This document shows positions 1 through 9,911 of a DNA stretch of 64,000 bases, piece by piece. Origin of the DNA: Promethearchaeota archaeon. GTDB lineage: Archaea > Asgardarchaeota > Lokiarchaeia > Sigyniarchaeales > SOKP01. Location: assembly GCA_048940445.1 (NCBI GenBank), contig JBHLON010000004.1:11466-75465 (forward strand), read 5' to 3'. A program made the position numbers and the translations under genes. Under the pieces are notes generated by a model. The model saw only the letters and a program-made list of their open reading frames with translations. It was not told the DNA's origin and did not search any database. Position 1 is the first letter of the stretch. Each line of letters begins with the position of its first letter.

Positions 1-19
1 TGTTTTATTACTAGTTTCA

Positions 20-484
20 GTGATTCTTCCGTGGATTTTAGCTTGTACTGTAGCTAGTGCACTTTCTGCTAAAACTCCTAAAAAAGCAATTCACACCAGT
101 TTAGCTATTGGGATAGGGTTTATTATTGTAACTTTTGTAATTTACTTTCTAATACCTTTAATTCTCGGGCGTATTGCTGGAATAGGGTCATTAGTTGTAA
201 GTGTAATAGATGGATTGTCAGAAGGATTAACGGATTTGCCTTTTCTCCTAGCTTCTTTTACAGCAATTCTAGAAGGATGTTTAGTTGGGACTGTTTTTGG
301 AGCATTTATAGGTAGTTTAAGATACAAACCCGCAGGAGGGAAAAAGAAAGTAAAGAAGAAGGAGAAGAAAGTTGAAGTTTCAAATGAGCCTACATTGGAT
401 AGCGCAGCTATTTGTAGCAATTGCGGAGCAAAAATACCACCCGGAGTTGATTTTTGCACAAATTGTGGAGCTAAAGTAAATTGA
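20..484 (+). CDS. Membrane protein with C-terminal double zinc ribbon (may be 5'-truncated by the window edge)
   Basis: Hydrophobic helices, a Lys-rich linker (GGKKKVKKKEKKVE), then CSNCG...CTNCG (two CxxC pairs). The frame has no stop back to position 2, so the gene may start upstream of the window. Confidence 0.5.
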   Translation: MILPWILACTVASALSAKTPKKAIHTSLAIGIGFIIVTFVIYFLIPLILGRIAGIGSLVVSVIDGLSEGLTDLPFLLASFTAILEGCLVGTVFGAFIGSLRYKPAGGKKKVKKKEKKVEVSNEPTLDSAAICSNCGAKIPPGVDFCTNCGAKVN

Positions 485-625
485 TAAATTATTTAATTAA
501 AAATTTTTTTCCCCATTATTTGTTATTAGGAAAATATGAAAATTCAAATTGCTTACTCTAAAAAAGACATTTTAAATTAGTAGATCATTATATATATCAT
601 AATAAATTCATAGTAAGGTTAAGAG

Positions 626-1636
626 ATGTCAAAACAAGTTAAAGGGGTTATAGTTTCCCGTTTAATTGTACTCTTGGCAATTATTCTAGTTCCTTTGAGT
701 ATCTTTTTTATTTATGCTTTAGTAGATTTTAGTTTATGGTATACTGGAGACCCGATTTTTACCTTCTGGATGGTAAAGTTAGTATGTCCATTAGTTTTTA
801 GTATTTCTTGGTTATTTTTCTTGATATTATTTGCTAATCGATTTGCTAATACTATGGATTCATTTGATGACATCATTAGTGTTGTCCCATCAAGATTAAA
901 ATTTTTCTACGGAATTAATGCGATTTACATTTTATTTATCTTTGCGTTTCCCTTGATTACCCCTGTAATTTCAATTTTGAGTTTTGCTTCTTTTGCTTGG
1001 CGTTTGACTACATTCAGAAAAGAAAGTTGGGAGGAAAATACTAAAATATCTTTTTTTACAAAATTCATGATAGTTTTTGCAGCATTAATTCCACTTTTCT
1101 GCACTATCAGCATAGTTCCCCAATATCTAGATTTACCATTATTCTTATGGAATAAGATTTGGTGGCCAAATATTGATTATATTTTTATGATTTCTTATTC
1201 ATTATTCACTGCTTTAGCTATTGGATCTTTAATAATCTTATTTTCAAATAAAGGTGTAAGTGAATATGAGCAAATTTTTGTCGATACAACAGAAAAGAAG
1301 AAATATTGGAATGTAAGAATTTTAGAAGTTATCCTCTTTGTATTCTTTTTTTGGTTAGATTATAGTAATTTTTCAATCATCCAAATGTTTTATATTGCCG
1401 GTTTTGTTATAATCATATTCATATCTATTGTGAATTATATTCGTGGAAAATCTAAATATAAAGGCTTTAAGAGCCATATGTTTGGATATTTCGTAGCTGC
1501 AGTCTTTATTGCCTCAAATTTTGTCTTTACAGCTGATGCTGAATTTTCGTTGTTTATAAGAACTGCAAGTCTACTTGTGTCCGCAATATTGTATATAAGC
1601 GTCTTGTTATATACTTTTTACCGTATTGAAGATTAA
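626..1636 (+). CDS. Polytopic integral membrane protein, unknown function
   Basis: 336 aa, many long hydrophobic segments, no recognisable catalytic motif. Confidence 0.45.
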   Translation: MSKQVKGVIVSRLIVLLAIILVPLSIFFIYALVDFSLWYTGDPIFTFWMVKLVCPLVFSISWLFFLILFANRFANTMDSFDDIISVVPSRLKFFYGINAIYILFIFAFPLITPVISILSFASFAWRLTTFRKESWEENTKISFFTKFMIVFAALIPLFCTISIVPQYLDLPLFLWNKIWWPNIDYIFMISYSLFTALAIGSLIILFSNKGVSEYEQIFVDTTEKKKYWNVRILEVILFVFFFWLDYSNFSIIQMFYIAGFVIIIFISIVNYIRGKSKYKGFKSHMFGYFVAAVFIASNFVFTADAEFSLFIRTASLLVSAILYISVLLYTFYRIED

Positions 1637-1923
1637 GTACCAAACAAAAATAGAGCAAAAATAATTTATACTCTTAAATTGGTTTGACTTATTTGGTTAA
1701 GTAAGCTTCTTTACTACTATCATTGTTTCAAAACTGCTGTCTTCGATATCTTTCTAATTCCATGTTAAATAGGCTAACTTTTTATAAAAAAAATAGTAAA
1801 TTTGCCAAGAAATAATCAAAAAGGTTTCAAATTTTTAATTTTCTATTCAATTAGAATATAAATTATTAAAAATCAAAAATTTAATTATTATTTTAAGAAT
1901 CAATTTATCTATTAAAATTACTA

Positions 1924-4050
1924 ATGTGTGAGAAGATGAAAAAAATAAATGGAAAAGCCTTAATGGTTATTACATTGTTTCTCGCATCAGTAGTCGCAAC
2001 ACCTGTCATGGTTACTGGATCCACTAATACTTTTGATGATGGGATTAATTATAAGCAAGATGGAGAAAGTTTAATTCGAGAATTTCAAAAAGGTTTTGGT
2101 TCATTATTTGGGGGTATGGGTTACGGGGGACAGTTAATAGGTACTGTTTTTCAATTAATGTTATTACAAGTCTTTACTGATTTTGAAAGTACTGAGATAC
2201 TTCCCGGTGTTTATGCTATAAGTGCATCATTAGAGGACTCTATAAATGGGACAAGACCTGCAGCTGGAACAGAATATTATATGGTACCCTTCTCCTATTA
2301 TTTAAGTGCTTCTGATATTGCAAATAATGCTTCTAAATTTGGTTATGCTTATTGTGAAGTCACGAAAACGGGATTATATGATTTAAATTACACCGTAGGA
2401 GTTGGAATAACATTAATAATTTGGGATCATGATGGCTCATTTATTAATGCCCTTACAAAAGTACTAAATTTTTTCCGTACTCTCTCTACATATGAAGGAA
2501 GCTCTGCAGCAATACCTGAGGATTTAATTAAAGAAGGTGTGGAATTAATAACATGGTTTTTAATCCATATTAATGACATATTTACTGGAGATGAACTATT
2601 TATTCTTAACCCAATTACATGGCAAAAATTAGAAATAACTCCGCACTCAGGTTTTAGTATTACAAAAACTATGAAAATCACAGGTTCGGATTGGAGTATT
2701 GATCCTTTAGATCAGGAGATAGATAATCTTACTTTGGGTAGTGATGGGGTTAATGGATCTGCTGTGTTAGATGATTGGAATGCTATCGCTAAAGCAAGAA
2801 AAGATAGTTATATGGAATGGTTATTAACTGAAACTGATAATATCGAGCTTGTTAAGACCGTTTACACTTCTTTTACATTTGATGTTATTCAATTATGGAT
2901 TAAAAATTTTGAAATTCATATTAATGTTGCTGAAGCCTTAAACTTACTAAGCAATAATGATTCTGGTCCAATTAATCCTGCAAGTATCTTTCAAGGATTG
3001 GATATTGAATTTTATTTATTCACTCATCATTTAGCTGGGGCTTTCTTATACGACGATATCATTCCTGATGGAAAAGTTACAGTAGGTGATTATGTCAGAG
3101 TGAACAAAACTAACGGCGATCCAGTTTTGGTGGATGGTGAAGAAGTTTTTGTACCTCATACGAATGAAATTACACATCGGATAATGCTCGGTTCAGTCGG
3201 TAGCTTTACTTTTGAAAAACCACATATTACAGGTACAAATAAATTCTCTTGGGGATTAACTTTGAATCAGGCGCAAATTCGACCAGTTCCAATTGGAGTT
3301 GATTTAGCTTCATATTTAGGAGCTCAACCAGAAAACCTTGCTTATATACACTTTGGATTTACATTTGAACCTAAAGAGATTGAATTACCCACATCTGGTG
3401 GAGGTAAGGTTCCTGTTTTATATGGGGCTCTAAAAGTGGATCAATTATTTGCTCCTTGGAATAATAACAGTTCACCATATGCAAATAATATTATAGATAA
3501 TCTAGATCTTGCAATTTTATATGTATCGAGTGTTTTACATTTCCACTTGACAGTTGACACTCTTAGTGGTGAAGGAAATGAAATTTTAGATCCTTCACAG
3601 GATTATCAAGATGTACAACATAAGTTAACCATTGGAAATTATCTTGGAGAAGATATTGTTGGGAAGCTTGATTTTGTAGATATTGCAGGACCTTATTATG
3701 AATATGGTTCAGAAAGTTCAAGACTTCAAGCCAATTCAACCACAGCAATTTTACCCTTAGCTCTTTTTAAAGCTGAAGTAAATGCGCATGAAACTTATGT
3801 GGGTAATCCTGGAGAAATAGAAACGTTTGCTGCTGATATTCGTCTAAATATTTCCTATAATGTTATGCTTTATGCTGTTTGTTTCCCTGAATTTGAGGAT
3901 GGTACTGGAATATGGAATGATCCTACATTCTCCGTATATATGATTTTTGAGGCACAAGGATTTTGGGCAATAATTCTGTTAGTTGCAGGTGTTGGATTAG
4001 TTGGTGTAGCTACGATTTTAATCAAAAGGCGTAAAGACGCCCGTTTTTAA
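1924..4050 (+). CDS. Large secreted, surface-anchored protein (signal peptide, C-terminal TM anchor with basic tail), probably N-glycosylated
   Basis: N-terminal MKKINGKALMVITLFLASVVATPVMV (the real start is probably ATG 1936). C-terminal hydrophobic helix followed by KRRKDARF. Many N-x-S/T sequons (NGT, NAS, NYT, NLT, NGS, NKT, NST, NIS). Confidence 0.55.
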   Translation: MCEKMKKINGKALMVITLFLASVVATPVMVTGSTNTFDDGINYKQDGESLIREFQKGFGSLFGGMGYGGQLIGTVFQLMLLQVFTDFESTEILPGVYAISASLEDSINGTRPAAGTEYYMVPFSYYLSASDIANNASKFGYAYCEVTKTGLYDLNYTVGVGITLIIWDHDGSFINALTKVLNFFRTLSTYEGSSAAIPEDLIKEGVELITWFLIHINDIFTGDELFILNPITWQKLEITPHSGFSITKTMKITGSDWSIDPLDQEIDNLTLGSDGVNGSAVLDDWNAIAKARKDSYMEWLLTETDNIELVKTVYTSFTFDVIQLWIKNFEIHINVAEALNLLSNNDSGPINPASIFQGLDIEFYLFTHHLAGAFLYDDIIPDGKVTVGDYVRVNKTNGDPVLVDGEEVFVPHTNEITHRIMLGSVGSFTFEKPHITGTNKFSWGLTLNQAQIRPVPIGVDLASYLGAQPENLAYIHFGFTFEPKEIELPTSGGGKVPVLYGALKVDQLFAPWNNNSSPYANNIIDNLDLAILYVSSVLHFHLTVDTLSGEGNEILDPSQDYQDVQHKLTIGNYLGEDIVGKLDFVDIAGPYYEYGSESSRLQANSTTAILPLALFKAEVNAHETYVGNPGEIETFAADIRLNISYNVMLYAVCFPEFEDGTGIWNDPTFSVYMIFEAQGFWAIILLVAGVGLVGVATILIKRRKDARF

Positions 4051-4064
4051 ATTAACTTCAATTC

Positions 4065-4072
4065 TTTTTTTT
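4065..4072 (+). terminator. Oligo-T tract after the surface protein gene
   Basis: T8 run 15 nt after stop codon 4048-4050. Archaeal terminators are oligo-T tracts. Confidence 0.4.
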
Positions 4073-4245
4073 ATTATTTTTATTTTTGATTAGTTTTTTA
4101 CCTATACCTAATGCAAAATCATTAATTCGCCAAAAAAGATTGAGGAAAAATTCCTTAATTAGATTTATGATCAAATCAAATTGAGGAGATACCGAAAGTA
4201 ATAATAGGATGATGCATTAACACAATTACATTTTAACAAAAATGA

Positions 4246-6087
4246 GTGAGGAAAATGCCAATTAAAAAGGATGATAAATATCAAGTTGATGAAAGTAAAT
4301 TATGGTTTAAAAAATGGTGGCCAATCAATGTTCCCAAAAATGTTACCTTTGAAGAACAGACACTTAGCCAGTTTTTAGAGGAGCAAGTTAAAAAATATGG
4401 AGATAATAATTTTATTTGGTTTTTAGAAACATGGGTGACGTATAAAGAGTTTCATAATTATGTGGAAAGATTTGCTACCGCATTACATAATCTCGGAGTA
4501 AAGAAAGGTGATGTTGTTGCCATACTTATGGGAAATTGCATTCAATATGCTGTTACATATTTCGCAACTGTGAGAATTGGAGCTATAGCGACAGGAGTAA
4601 ATCCAACTTATAAGCCATTAGAAATTTTACACCAATTAATATTAACCAATGCGAAAGTATTAATTACATATGATGCCTTTTTTGATGAAACAAGTAAGTC
4701 TCGCATAAAGAACAATTTACCTTATATTGGTGATATCTTAGATAAGTCAAATTTAGAAATATTCATATATACGAATCTTGCTGACTTAGCACATGGTCTT
4801 GGTTTTAAAAGGGGATTAGGTAAAATGTTAGGAATGATTCCTAAAGGAAAAGTAAAAGTAACTGGAGCGCACAAGTTTATGGATTTGCTTAAGACCGAAC
4901 CTAATGTCCCACAAGTTGATATTGACGTAAAACTACATCCAGCAACCTATATTATGACTGGAGGAACAACAGGATTACCTAAAGCTGCTGTATTGACTCA
5001 TTTTAATTGTGTTTCTAATGCAAAACAATGTATGTACTGGTTAGGTGGTGAAAAACCAGGAATTGGAAATGTAGGAGTTCTTCCATTTTTTCACAGTTTT
5101 GGTCATACAGTTATCATGAATACAACAATAGCATTTGGAGGATGGATTATGTTGTTCCCAACTCCGCCTCCCACTGAAGAATTATTAGAACATATAGAAA
5201 AACTCCCTGCACCAGAAGGTTTAATATATGCTGGGGCTGAGATCTTATTCAAAAGAATTGCTGATTTTCCACATTTAGAGAAATTTCCTAATCTCATGGG
5301 AAAATTAAAGTTAAGTATATCTGGAGCTGGTCCTTTACATGCTCCGGTGAGAGATTCTTTTGAAAAGAGTACTGGTGGTAGAATTGTCGAAGGATATGGA
5401 CTTTCAGAAGCCAGTCCTGTTGTAAGTGCTGGAAATTTATTTGGAAAAAGTCCTATTGGCACAATTGGTATGCCATTTAGTGGTACGGAATGGGGTATTT
5501 GGCCAACAGAAGATTTCAATGAAGGTCCCATTTGTTTAGGAAATCCAAATGAAACAACATTTGGAGAGGAACATACTGGTGAGATTTGTGTTCATGGTCC
5601 TCAAGTTATGTTAGAATATTTTAATCAGCCCGAAGAAACTGCTGATACAGTTAAAGAATATAATGGCAAATTATGGTTATTAACTGGCGATATTGGTTTT
5701 ATGAATCCAGATGGGACTATCGAAATTCGAGATCGTAAAAAGCAACTAATTAAAGTAGCAGGTCATTCAGTATTTCCAAAGGAAGTTGAATCTATTTTGA
5801 TGAAAAATGAAGCTGTTTCTGAAGCTGCTGTTTCAGGATTGCCTGATCCTGCTGGTAAAGTTGGAGAAATTGCAAAAGCTTGGGTAGAAATTAAACCAGA
5901 ATATATCGGAAAAATAACTGAAGAAGAATTAAAAGCATGGGCTGAAGAGAATATGACCCATTGGAAAGTTCCAGCAATTATTGAGTTTATAAAGGAGGTA
6001 CCTAAGGACGTACTTGGCAAAGTTCAACGCAGGATTTTACAGATCAACGATCCCATATATAAAGATAAGTTTGGAGAACCTAAATAA
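4246..6087 (+). CDS. AMP-dependent acyl-CoA synthetase/ligase (FadD-like)
   Basis: AMP-binding motif TGGTTGLPKAAVLTH, plus GYGLSEASP and TGDIGFMNPDGTIEIRDRKKQLIKVAGHSVFPKEVE. Likely start is ATG 4255. Confidence 0.85.
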   Translation: MRKMPIKKDDKYQVDESKLWFKKWWPINVPKNVTFEEQTLSQFLEEQVKKYGDNNFIWFLETWVTYKEFHNYVERFATALHNLGVKKGDVVAILMGNCIQYAVTYFATVRIGAIATGVNPTYKPLEILHQLILTNAKVLITYDAFFDETSKSRIKNNLPYIGDILDKSNLEIFIYTNLADLAHGLGFKRGLGKMLGMIPKGKVKVTGAHKFMDLLKTEPNVPQVDIDVKLHPATYIMTGGTTGLPKAAVLTHFNCVSNAKQCMYWLGGEKPGIGNVGVLPFFHSFGHTVIMNTTIAFGGWIMLFPTPPPTEELLEHIEKLPAPEGLIYAGAEILFKRIADFPHLEKFPNLMGKLKLSISGAGPLHAPVRDSFEKSTGGRIVEGYGLSEASPVVSAGNLFGKSPIGTIGMPFSGTEWGIWPTEDFNEGPICLGNPNETTFGEEHTGEICVHGPQVMLEYFNQPEETADTVKEYNGKLWLLTGDIGFMNPDGTIEIRDRKKQLIKVAGHSVFPKEVESILMKNEAVSEAAVSGLPDPAGKVGEIAKAWVEIKPEYIGKITEEELKAWAEENMTHWKVPAIIEFIKEVPKDVLGKVQRRILQINDPIYKDKFGEPK

Positions 6088-6481
6088 AATTTTAATATCT
6101 CTATTTTTTCTATTTTCATTTATTTATTAGTTGTATAAAATTTTTGCTTTTTAGTCTAAAATTTTTGTAAGAGACATCAATTAGATTAAAGAAGTTAAAA
6201 GTTCTATTTTATTAGAATATTAATTATTAAATGTTTACATTTTTTCTATAATGGTATACAAAAAATCTATTTTAATTTAAACTATACGAGGATCTTCAAA
6301 TATTACTGAACTAAATATTTTTATCTTAGATAAAGTAATTCAAGAGTTTGCTCCTGAGCTTGCTGAGCTCTACAATATCAGAGAAGATGAATCAGAAGAA
6401 CAGCAAGTAAAAACAGGGCGTCTTCATGAAAATAGAATTTTAGGAATTCTATTAAAATTTTATCTTGATGGAAAGAAAAAA

Positions 6482-7192
6482 GTGACCACACGAGAAGTAG
6501 AACTAGAATACCAAAAATATTTTAAAGAAATCGCCAGATCGACTATCTCTACCTATCTTAATATGTTAAAGAAAGAATCTACTTTATGTAAAGAGAGGGA
6601 TGGGAGATTAGTATATTATAAATTCTATGAAGAGCCTCCAGTCAATATCAACCCTTTTTGGTTTACTAGACTCTTTTGCGTAGATCCGGTTTACTTTTTT
6701 AGAGCAATCTACTTTTCGAGTATTTATTCAATAGCAGAAAAAATAGTCCAAGAATATATAAGTAATGGAAACTTTAAGGAAGTTTTAATTAATTTCAAGT
6801 ACATACTCGGTCTAATAGTACTTTGCATCCTTAAGAATAAGGTTAATAAATGTGTTTTATGTCAATTTGGAAAACATGAAAAGTATGATGAATTAAATGA
6901 AACCTTAGCTATTGCATTAAAAGATAGAACTGATGTATTACCTGATGAATTAATTATAAATCTGAGAGAAAACTATTCAGAGATTCCTCTTTTTGGCGGA
7001 ATCAATTTCAGCATCACTGAGAAAGAAATTGATATGATAAAACAGTTAGTTAATTACGCGAATATATATAAGAAGGATCTAGATTTTCAATTTATGGTAT
7101 TAAACAGGAGAATCGAAACAAGAACTCTAGAAAGTACTCATATTGAAAGCACTGAATTAGATTCAAAAGAAGAAAAACAATTAATCAATTAA
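6482..7192 (+). CDS. Winged-helix-like domain protein; coding signal continues upstream to 6281 without a canonical start
   Basis: wHTH-like segment ...TTREVELEYQKYFKEIARSTISTYLNMLKKESTLCKERDGRLVYYKF. The same frame is stop-free for 67 more codons upstream (see finding). Confidence 0.45.
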   Translation: MTTREVELEYQKYFKEIARSTISTYLNMLKKESTLCKERDGRLVYYKFYEEPPVNINPFWFTRLFCVDPVYFFRAIYFSSIYSIAEKIVQEYISNGNFKEVLINFKYILGLIVLCILKNKVNKCVLCQFGKHEKYDELNETLAIALKDRTDVLPDELIINLRENYSEIPLFGGINFSITEKEIDMIKQLVNYANIYKKDLDFQFMVLNRRIETRTLESTHIESTELDSKEEKQLIN

Positions 7193-7198
7193 AAACTC

Positions 7199-7726
7199 TT
7201 ATATATGAGAATTATCTAACATACTTTTTGTCAATGCCTCAAATGTTTCTTCAACATTTTCTCCGGTTTTACTTGAACATTCGATAAATCCATCAACACC
7301 TCTTGATCTAGCAATTTTAATACCTTCTTCTGAAGAAACTTCACGATTTGAACTGAGATCTGCTTTGCCTCCGACAACAATAATGGGGAATTCATCCTCT
7401 GCTTTAATTTCTTTTCTTATGACTGTTAACCAATCATCTATATGTGCTATTGATGAGTAATTTGTGATATCATACATGAATAAGCCCCCTTTAGCACCTC
7501 TTACGTATGTAGGAAGTAAAAATCTAAATCGTTCTTCTCCACCAAAATCCCAGATTTGTAACTTAACTTTTTTAGTATCAATTTCGAGGCTTTTTACCTC
7601 AAAATCGACCCCGATTGTCATCTTAGAATCAGAAACAAACAGATTTGTTAGAAATCTTTGAGTTAGGGTGGTTTTCCCGCAACCAGCATCGCCAAAAATT
7701 ACAATCTTAAAAGTAGCATCGTACAT
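7199..7726 (-). CDS. Ras/Rab-like small GTPase (divergent G3 and G4 motifs)
   Basis: P-loop GDAGCGKTT, switch I TIGVDF, G3 WDFGGEERF (Glu where Ras/Rab have Gln), G4 VGGKADL (Gly where NKxD has Asn), G5 SSKTG. No C-terminal Cys. Confidence 0.85.
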   Translation of the reverse strand: MYDATFKIVIFGDAGCGKTTLTQRFLTNLFVSDSKMTIGVDFEVKSLEIDTKKVKLQIWDFGGEERFRFLLPTYVRGAKGGLFMYDITNYSSIAHIDDWLTVIRKEIKAEDEFPIIVVGGKADLSSNREVSSEEGIKIARSRGVDGFIECSSKTGENVEETFEALTKSMLDNSHI

Positions 7727-7936
7727 TTTTTCTTTTTACCTTTACAAGTTGTATTACTAGCTCTTTTTTATACTCTTTTTGAAATTTGAATATATTTTAT
7801 GAGATTTTTAATTCGATTTCTATTATAAATAATTTTATTCACATATATAAATCTTTAAATAGTCAATTAAAAAAATATGCTATACTCTTAAAAATTTATT
7901 AAAAGTTTCCATTAAAAAAATTATCGGATTTGAAAA

Positions 7937-8521
7937 TTATTTAATGGGTGAAAAATTATTTTTTATCTCGTCATATCTAAAACAATCAATAATGTGATCA
8001 TTCACCAAGCCAACAGCTTGCATGAAAGCATATATTATGGTTGAACCTATAAACTTGAATCCTCTTTTTTTTAAATCTTTACTTATTTTGTCTGATAATT
8101 CTGTGCGGGAAGGAAGCTCATCTAATGATTGCCATGTGTTAAGTATAGGAATATTATTAGCAAAACCCCATAAATAATTATCAAAGGATCCAAATTCCTC
8201 CTGTATCTTTATAAAGGCTTTAGAATTAGTAATAACTGCTTGAATTTTTAACCGATTTCTAATAATACCTTTATTTTGAAGAAGTTTCTCTAATTTACCT
8301 TCATTATATTCGGAAATCTTATTATAATTAAAATTATCAAAAGCGTTTCTAAAATTTTCTCGTTTTTTAAGAATAGTACTCCAACTTAATCCTGCCTGCA
8401 TTCCTTCTAAGGTCAAGAACTCAAACAGTACGATGTCATCATGCTGAGGGACTCCCCATTCATTATCATGATATTTTGTCATTAAGACATCATTATAAAC
8501 CCATTTACATCTTCTTACCAT
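7937..8521 (-). CDS. tag: DNA-3-methyladenine glycosylase I
   Basis: YHDNEWGVPQHDD...LFEFLTLEGMQAGLSWSTILKKRENFRNAF matches the Tag family signature region; 194 aa. Confidence 0.85.
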   Translation of the reverse strand: MVRRCKWVYNDVLMTKYHDNEWGVPQHDDIVLFEFLTLEGMQAGLSWSTILKKRENFRNAFDNFNYNKISEYNEGKLEKLLQNKGIIRNRLKIQAVITNSKAFIKIQEEFGSFDNYLWGFANNIPILNTWQSLDELPSRTELSDKISKDLKKRGFKFIGSTIIYAFMQAVGLVNDHIIDCFRYDEIKNNFSPIK

Positions 8522-8573
8522 AAGTATCTCGAAAATTCCTTTCTTTAAATTATTAATATATTTTAATTAATAG

Positions 8574-8590
8574 AAAATAAATATATATTT
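8574..8590 (+). promoter_or_regulatory. TATA-like box about 26 nt upstream of ATG 8610 (suggests a leaderless or short-leader transcript)
   Basis: AAAATAAATATATATTT. An equivalent AAATATAAAT-like box sits at the same spacing before all three paralogs. Confidence 0.4.
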
Positions 8591-8609
8591 ACCTTGAATA
8601 TCGATCATT

Positions 8610-9065
8610 ATGAATTATTGTCTAGATTTTGGGTCAAAAGTAAAGTCTTTTTGGAAAGTTTGTGCGAAATGTGGTCATTACTTACCTAGAGAAGGAAGAT
8701 TTATAACTACACATAAGAAACCCGAAATTCAAATTAAAAAGGTAGAAACTGCGATCTCAACAGATAACTATCCTAATTTTAAGCCAAAAAAGACTTATGG
8801 TCCTTTTGCTTTAATATTTGGAATGATAGGACTTTTCTTATCACTTGTAATCATAATTATTAGAATTAAGCAAATAATTTTAATTTCTACTGGATTACTC
8901 ATTAATAATTTTTTTATAATTTTCATAGGATTATTAGCGGTTATTTTTGGTATTGTTGGAATTTTCAAAGATGATTCACAAGATATGGCGATAGTAGGAT
9001 TGGTTTTTGGAACATTTATCTTTGTATTATTCTTTTTTAGGGTTGGATTGTATATTAGATCCTAA
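8610..9065 (+). CDS. Zinc-ribbon/TM protein, tandem paralog 1 (first CxxC pair degenerate)
   Basis: MNYCLDFGSKVKSFWKVCAKCGH, versus MNYCPNCGTKVESFWNVCANCGY in paralogs 2 and 3. C-terminal hydrophobic helices with the shared GIFKDDS motif. Confidence 0.6.
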   Translation: MNYCLDFGSKVKSFWKVCAKCGHYLPREGRFITTHKKPEIQIKKVETAISTDNYPNFKPKKTYGPFALIFGMIGLFLSLVIIIIRIKQIILISTGLLINNFFIIFIGLLAVIFGIVGIFKDDSQDMAIVGLVFGTFIFVLFFFRVGLYIRS

Positions 9066-9293
9066 ATCTTCATTTATCCACCACTTCCACCCTGCGATTT
9101 TTCTTTATTAAAAAAATTTATAAGATTTTTTGATATATTTATCAATTTTTGAATAATATTTTAATTCAGAAGTACAATTGATTTTATGATTAATTGCTTT
9201 TATTATACACTAACTTAGAATTGTTTTGAATATTAGAGGGCAAGTACTTGGAGAGTGTTTTTCTTTTTTTTATATAGTTTAATCTTTAGGATA

Positions 9294-9308
9294 AAAAATA
9301 TAAATTAA
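9294..9308 (+). promoter_or_regulatory. TATA-like box about 26 nt upstream of ATG 9327
   Basis: AAAAAATATAAATTA; conserved position relative to the paralog starts. Confidence 0.4.
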
Positions 9309-9323
9309 TGTTGAATATTGTGA

Positions 9324-9794
9324 TTGATGAATTATTGTCCAAATTGTGGAACTAAAGTAGAGTCTTTTTGGAATGTATGTGCTAATTGTGGGTATCGTTT
9401 ATCAAAAGAAGTGAGTTCAACTATTATTGAGAAAAAGCCTCAAAAAGAAGAGATACAAATTGCTACTACTAAAGAAAGTTATAATTATTTTAAACCCCAA
9501 AAAAAACAGGGGCCTTATGCATTAACCTTCGGAATCATTGGTTTTGGTTTATCAATTGTAACTCTAATTCTTAGAATTAATCCTATATTGACTTTTATTG
9601 CTATTTCCTTAGTGATCAATAATTTATTTATATTTGTGATGGGGATTACAGCTGTTATTTTCGGTTTCATTGGAATTTTCAAAGATGATTCAAAAGGAAT
9701 GGCAATAGCAGGATTGAATTTAGGTGCTGGAATTTTTATATTATTTTATATTAGATTTGTAATCTATCTCAGATACTCTATTATTCCCATCTAA
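9324..9794 (+). CDS. Zinc-ribbon/TM protein, tandem paralog 2
   Basis: N-terminal CPNCG...CANCG zinc ribbon, C-terminal TM helices, GIFKDDSKGMAIAG motif. Likely start is ATG 9327. Confidence 0.6.
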   Translation: MMNYCPNCGTKVESFWNVCANCGYRLSKEVSSTIIEKKPQKEEIQIATTKESYNYFKPQKKQGPYALTFGIIGFGLSIVTLILRINPILTFIAISLVINNLFIFVMGITAVIFGFIGIFKDDSKGMAIAGLNLGAGIFILFYIRFVIYLRYSIIPI

Positions 9795-9887
9795 CCGCCG
9801 TATATATAATATAATAGCTTGTAAGGCCGTTTTAACTTATAATCTCAATTTTACTGCTTTTTATGAAAATTAAATAATTTTTAGAAA

Positions 9888-9901
9888 AGAAATATAAATG
9901 T
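9888..9901 (+). promoter_or_regulatory. TATA-like box about 26 nt upstream of ATG 9921
   Basis: GAAATATAAATGTA; conserved position relative to the paralog starts. Confidence 0.4.
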
Positions 9902-9911
9902 ACTTTTTCTA

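Noticed and set aside
142-459. 105-aa ORF on the minus strand
   Set aside because: It lies entirely antisense within the zinc-ribbon membrane protein gene and has low-complexity, F/K-rich content typical of shadow ORFs. The same reasoning applies to the other track ORFs nested antisense in well-supported genes, for example 925..1113, 2427..2681, 3563..3748, 5103..5531, 5763..6020, 7464..7661, 10109..10324, 12061..12252, 12273..12479, 17016..17240, 19694..19963, 20279..20596, 23708..23908, 23817..24053, 25657..25854, 26146..26439, 26857..27048, 27356..27736, 31835..32050, 34034..34357, 41758..42060, 42411..42599, 44607..44852, 45487..45690, 46375..46695, 46711..47001, 49128..49406, 50755..50949, 55876..56184, 57332..57553, 57522..57713 and 57923..58135. 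26412..26630 is a same-strand, out-of-frame ORF nested inside CDC48 and is rejected for the same reason.
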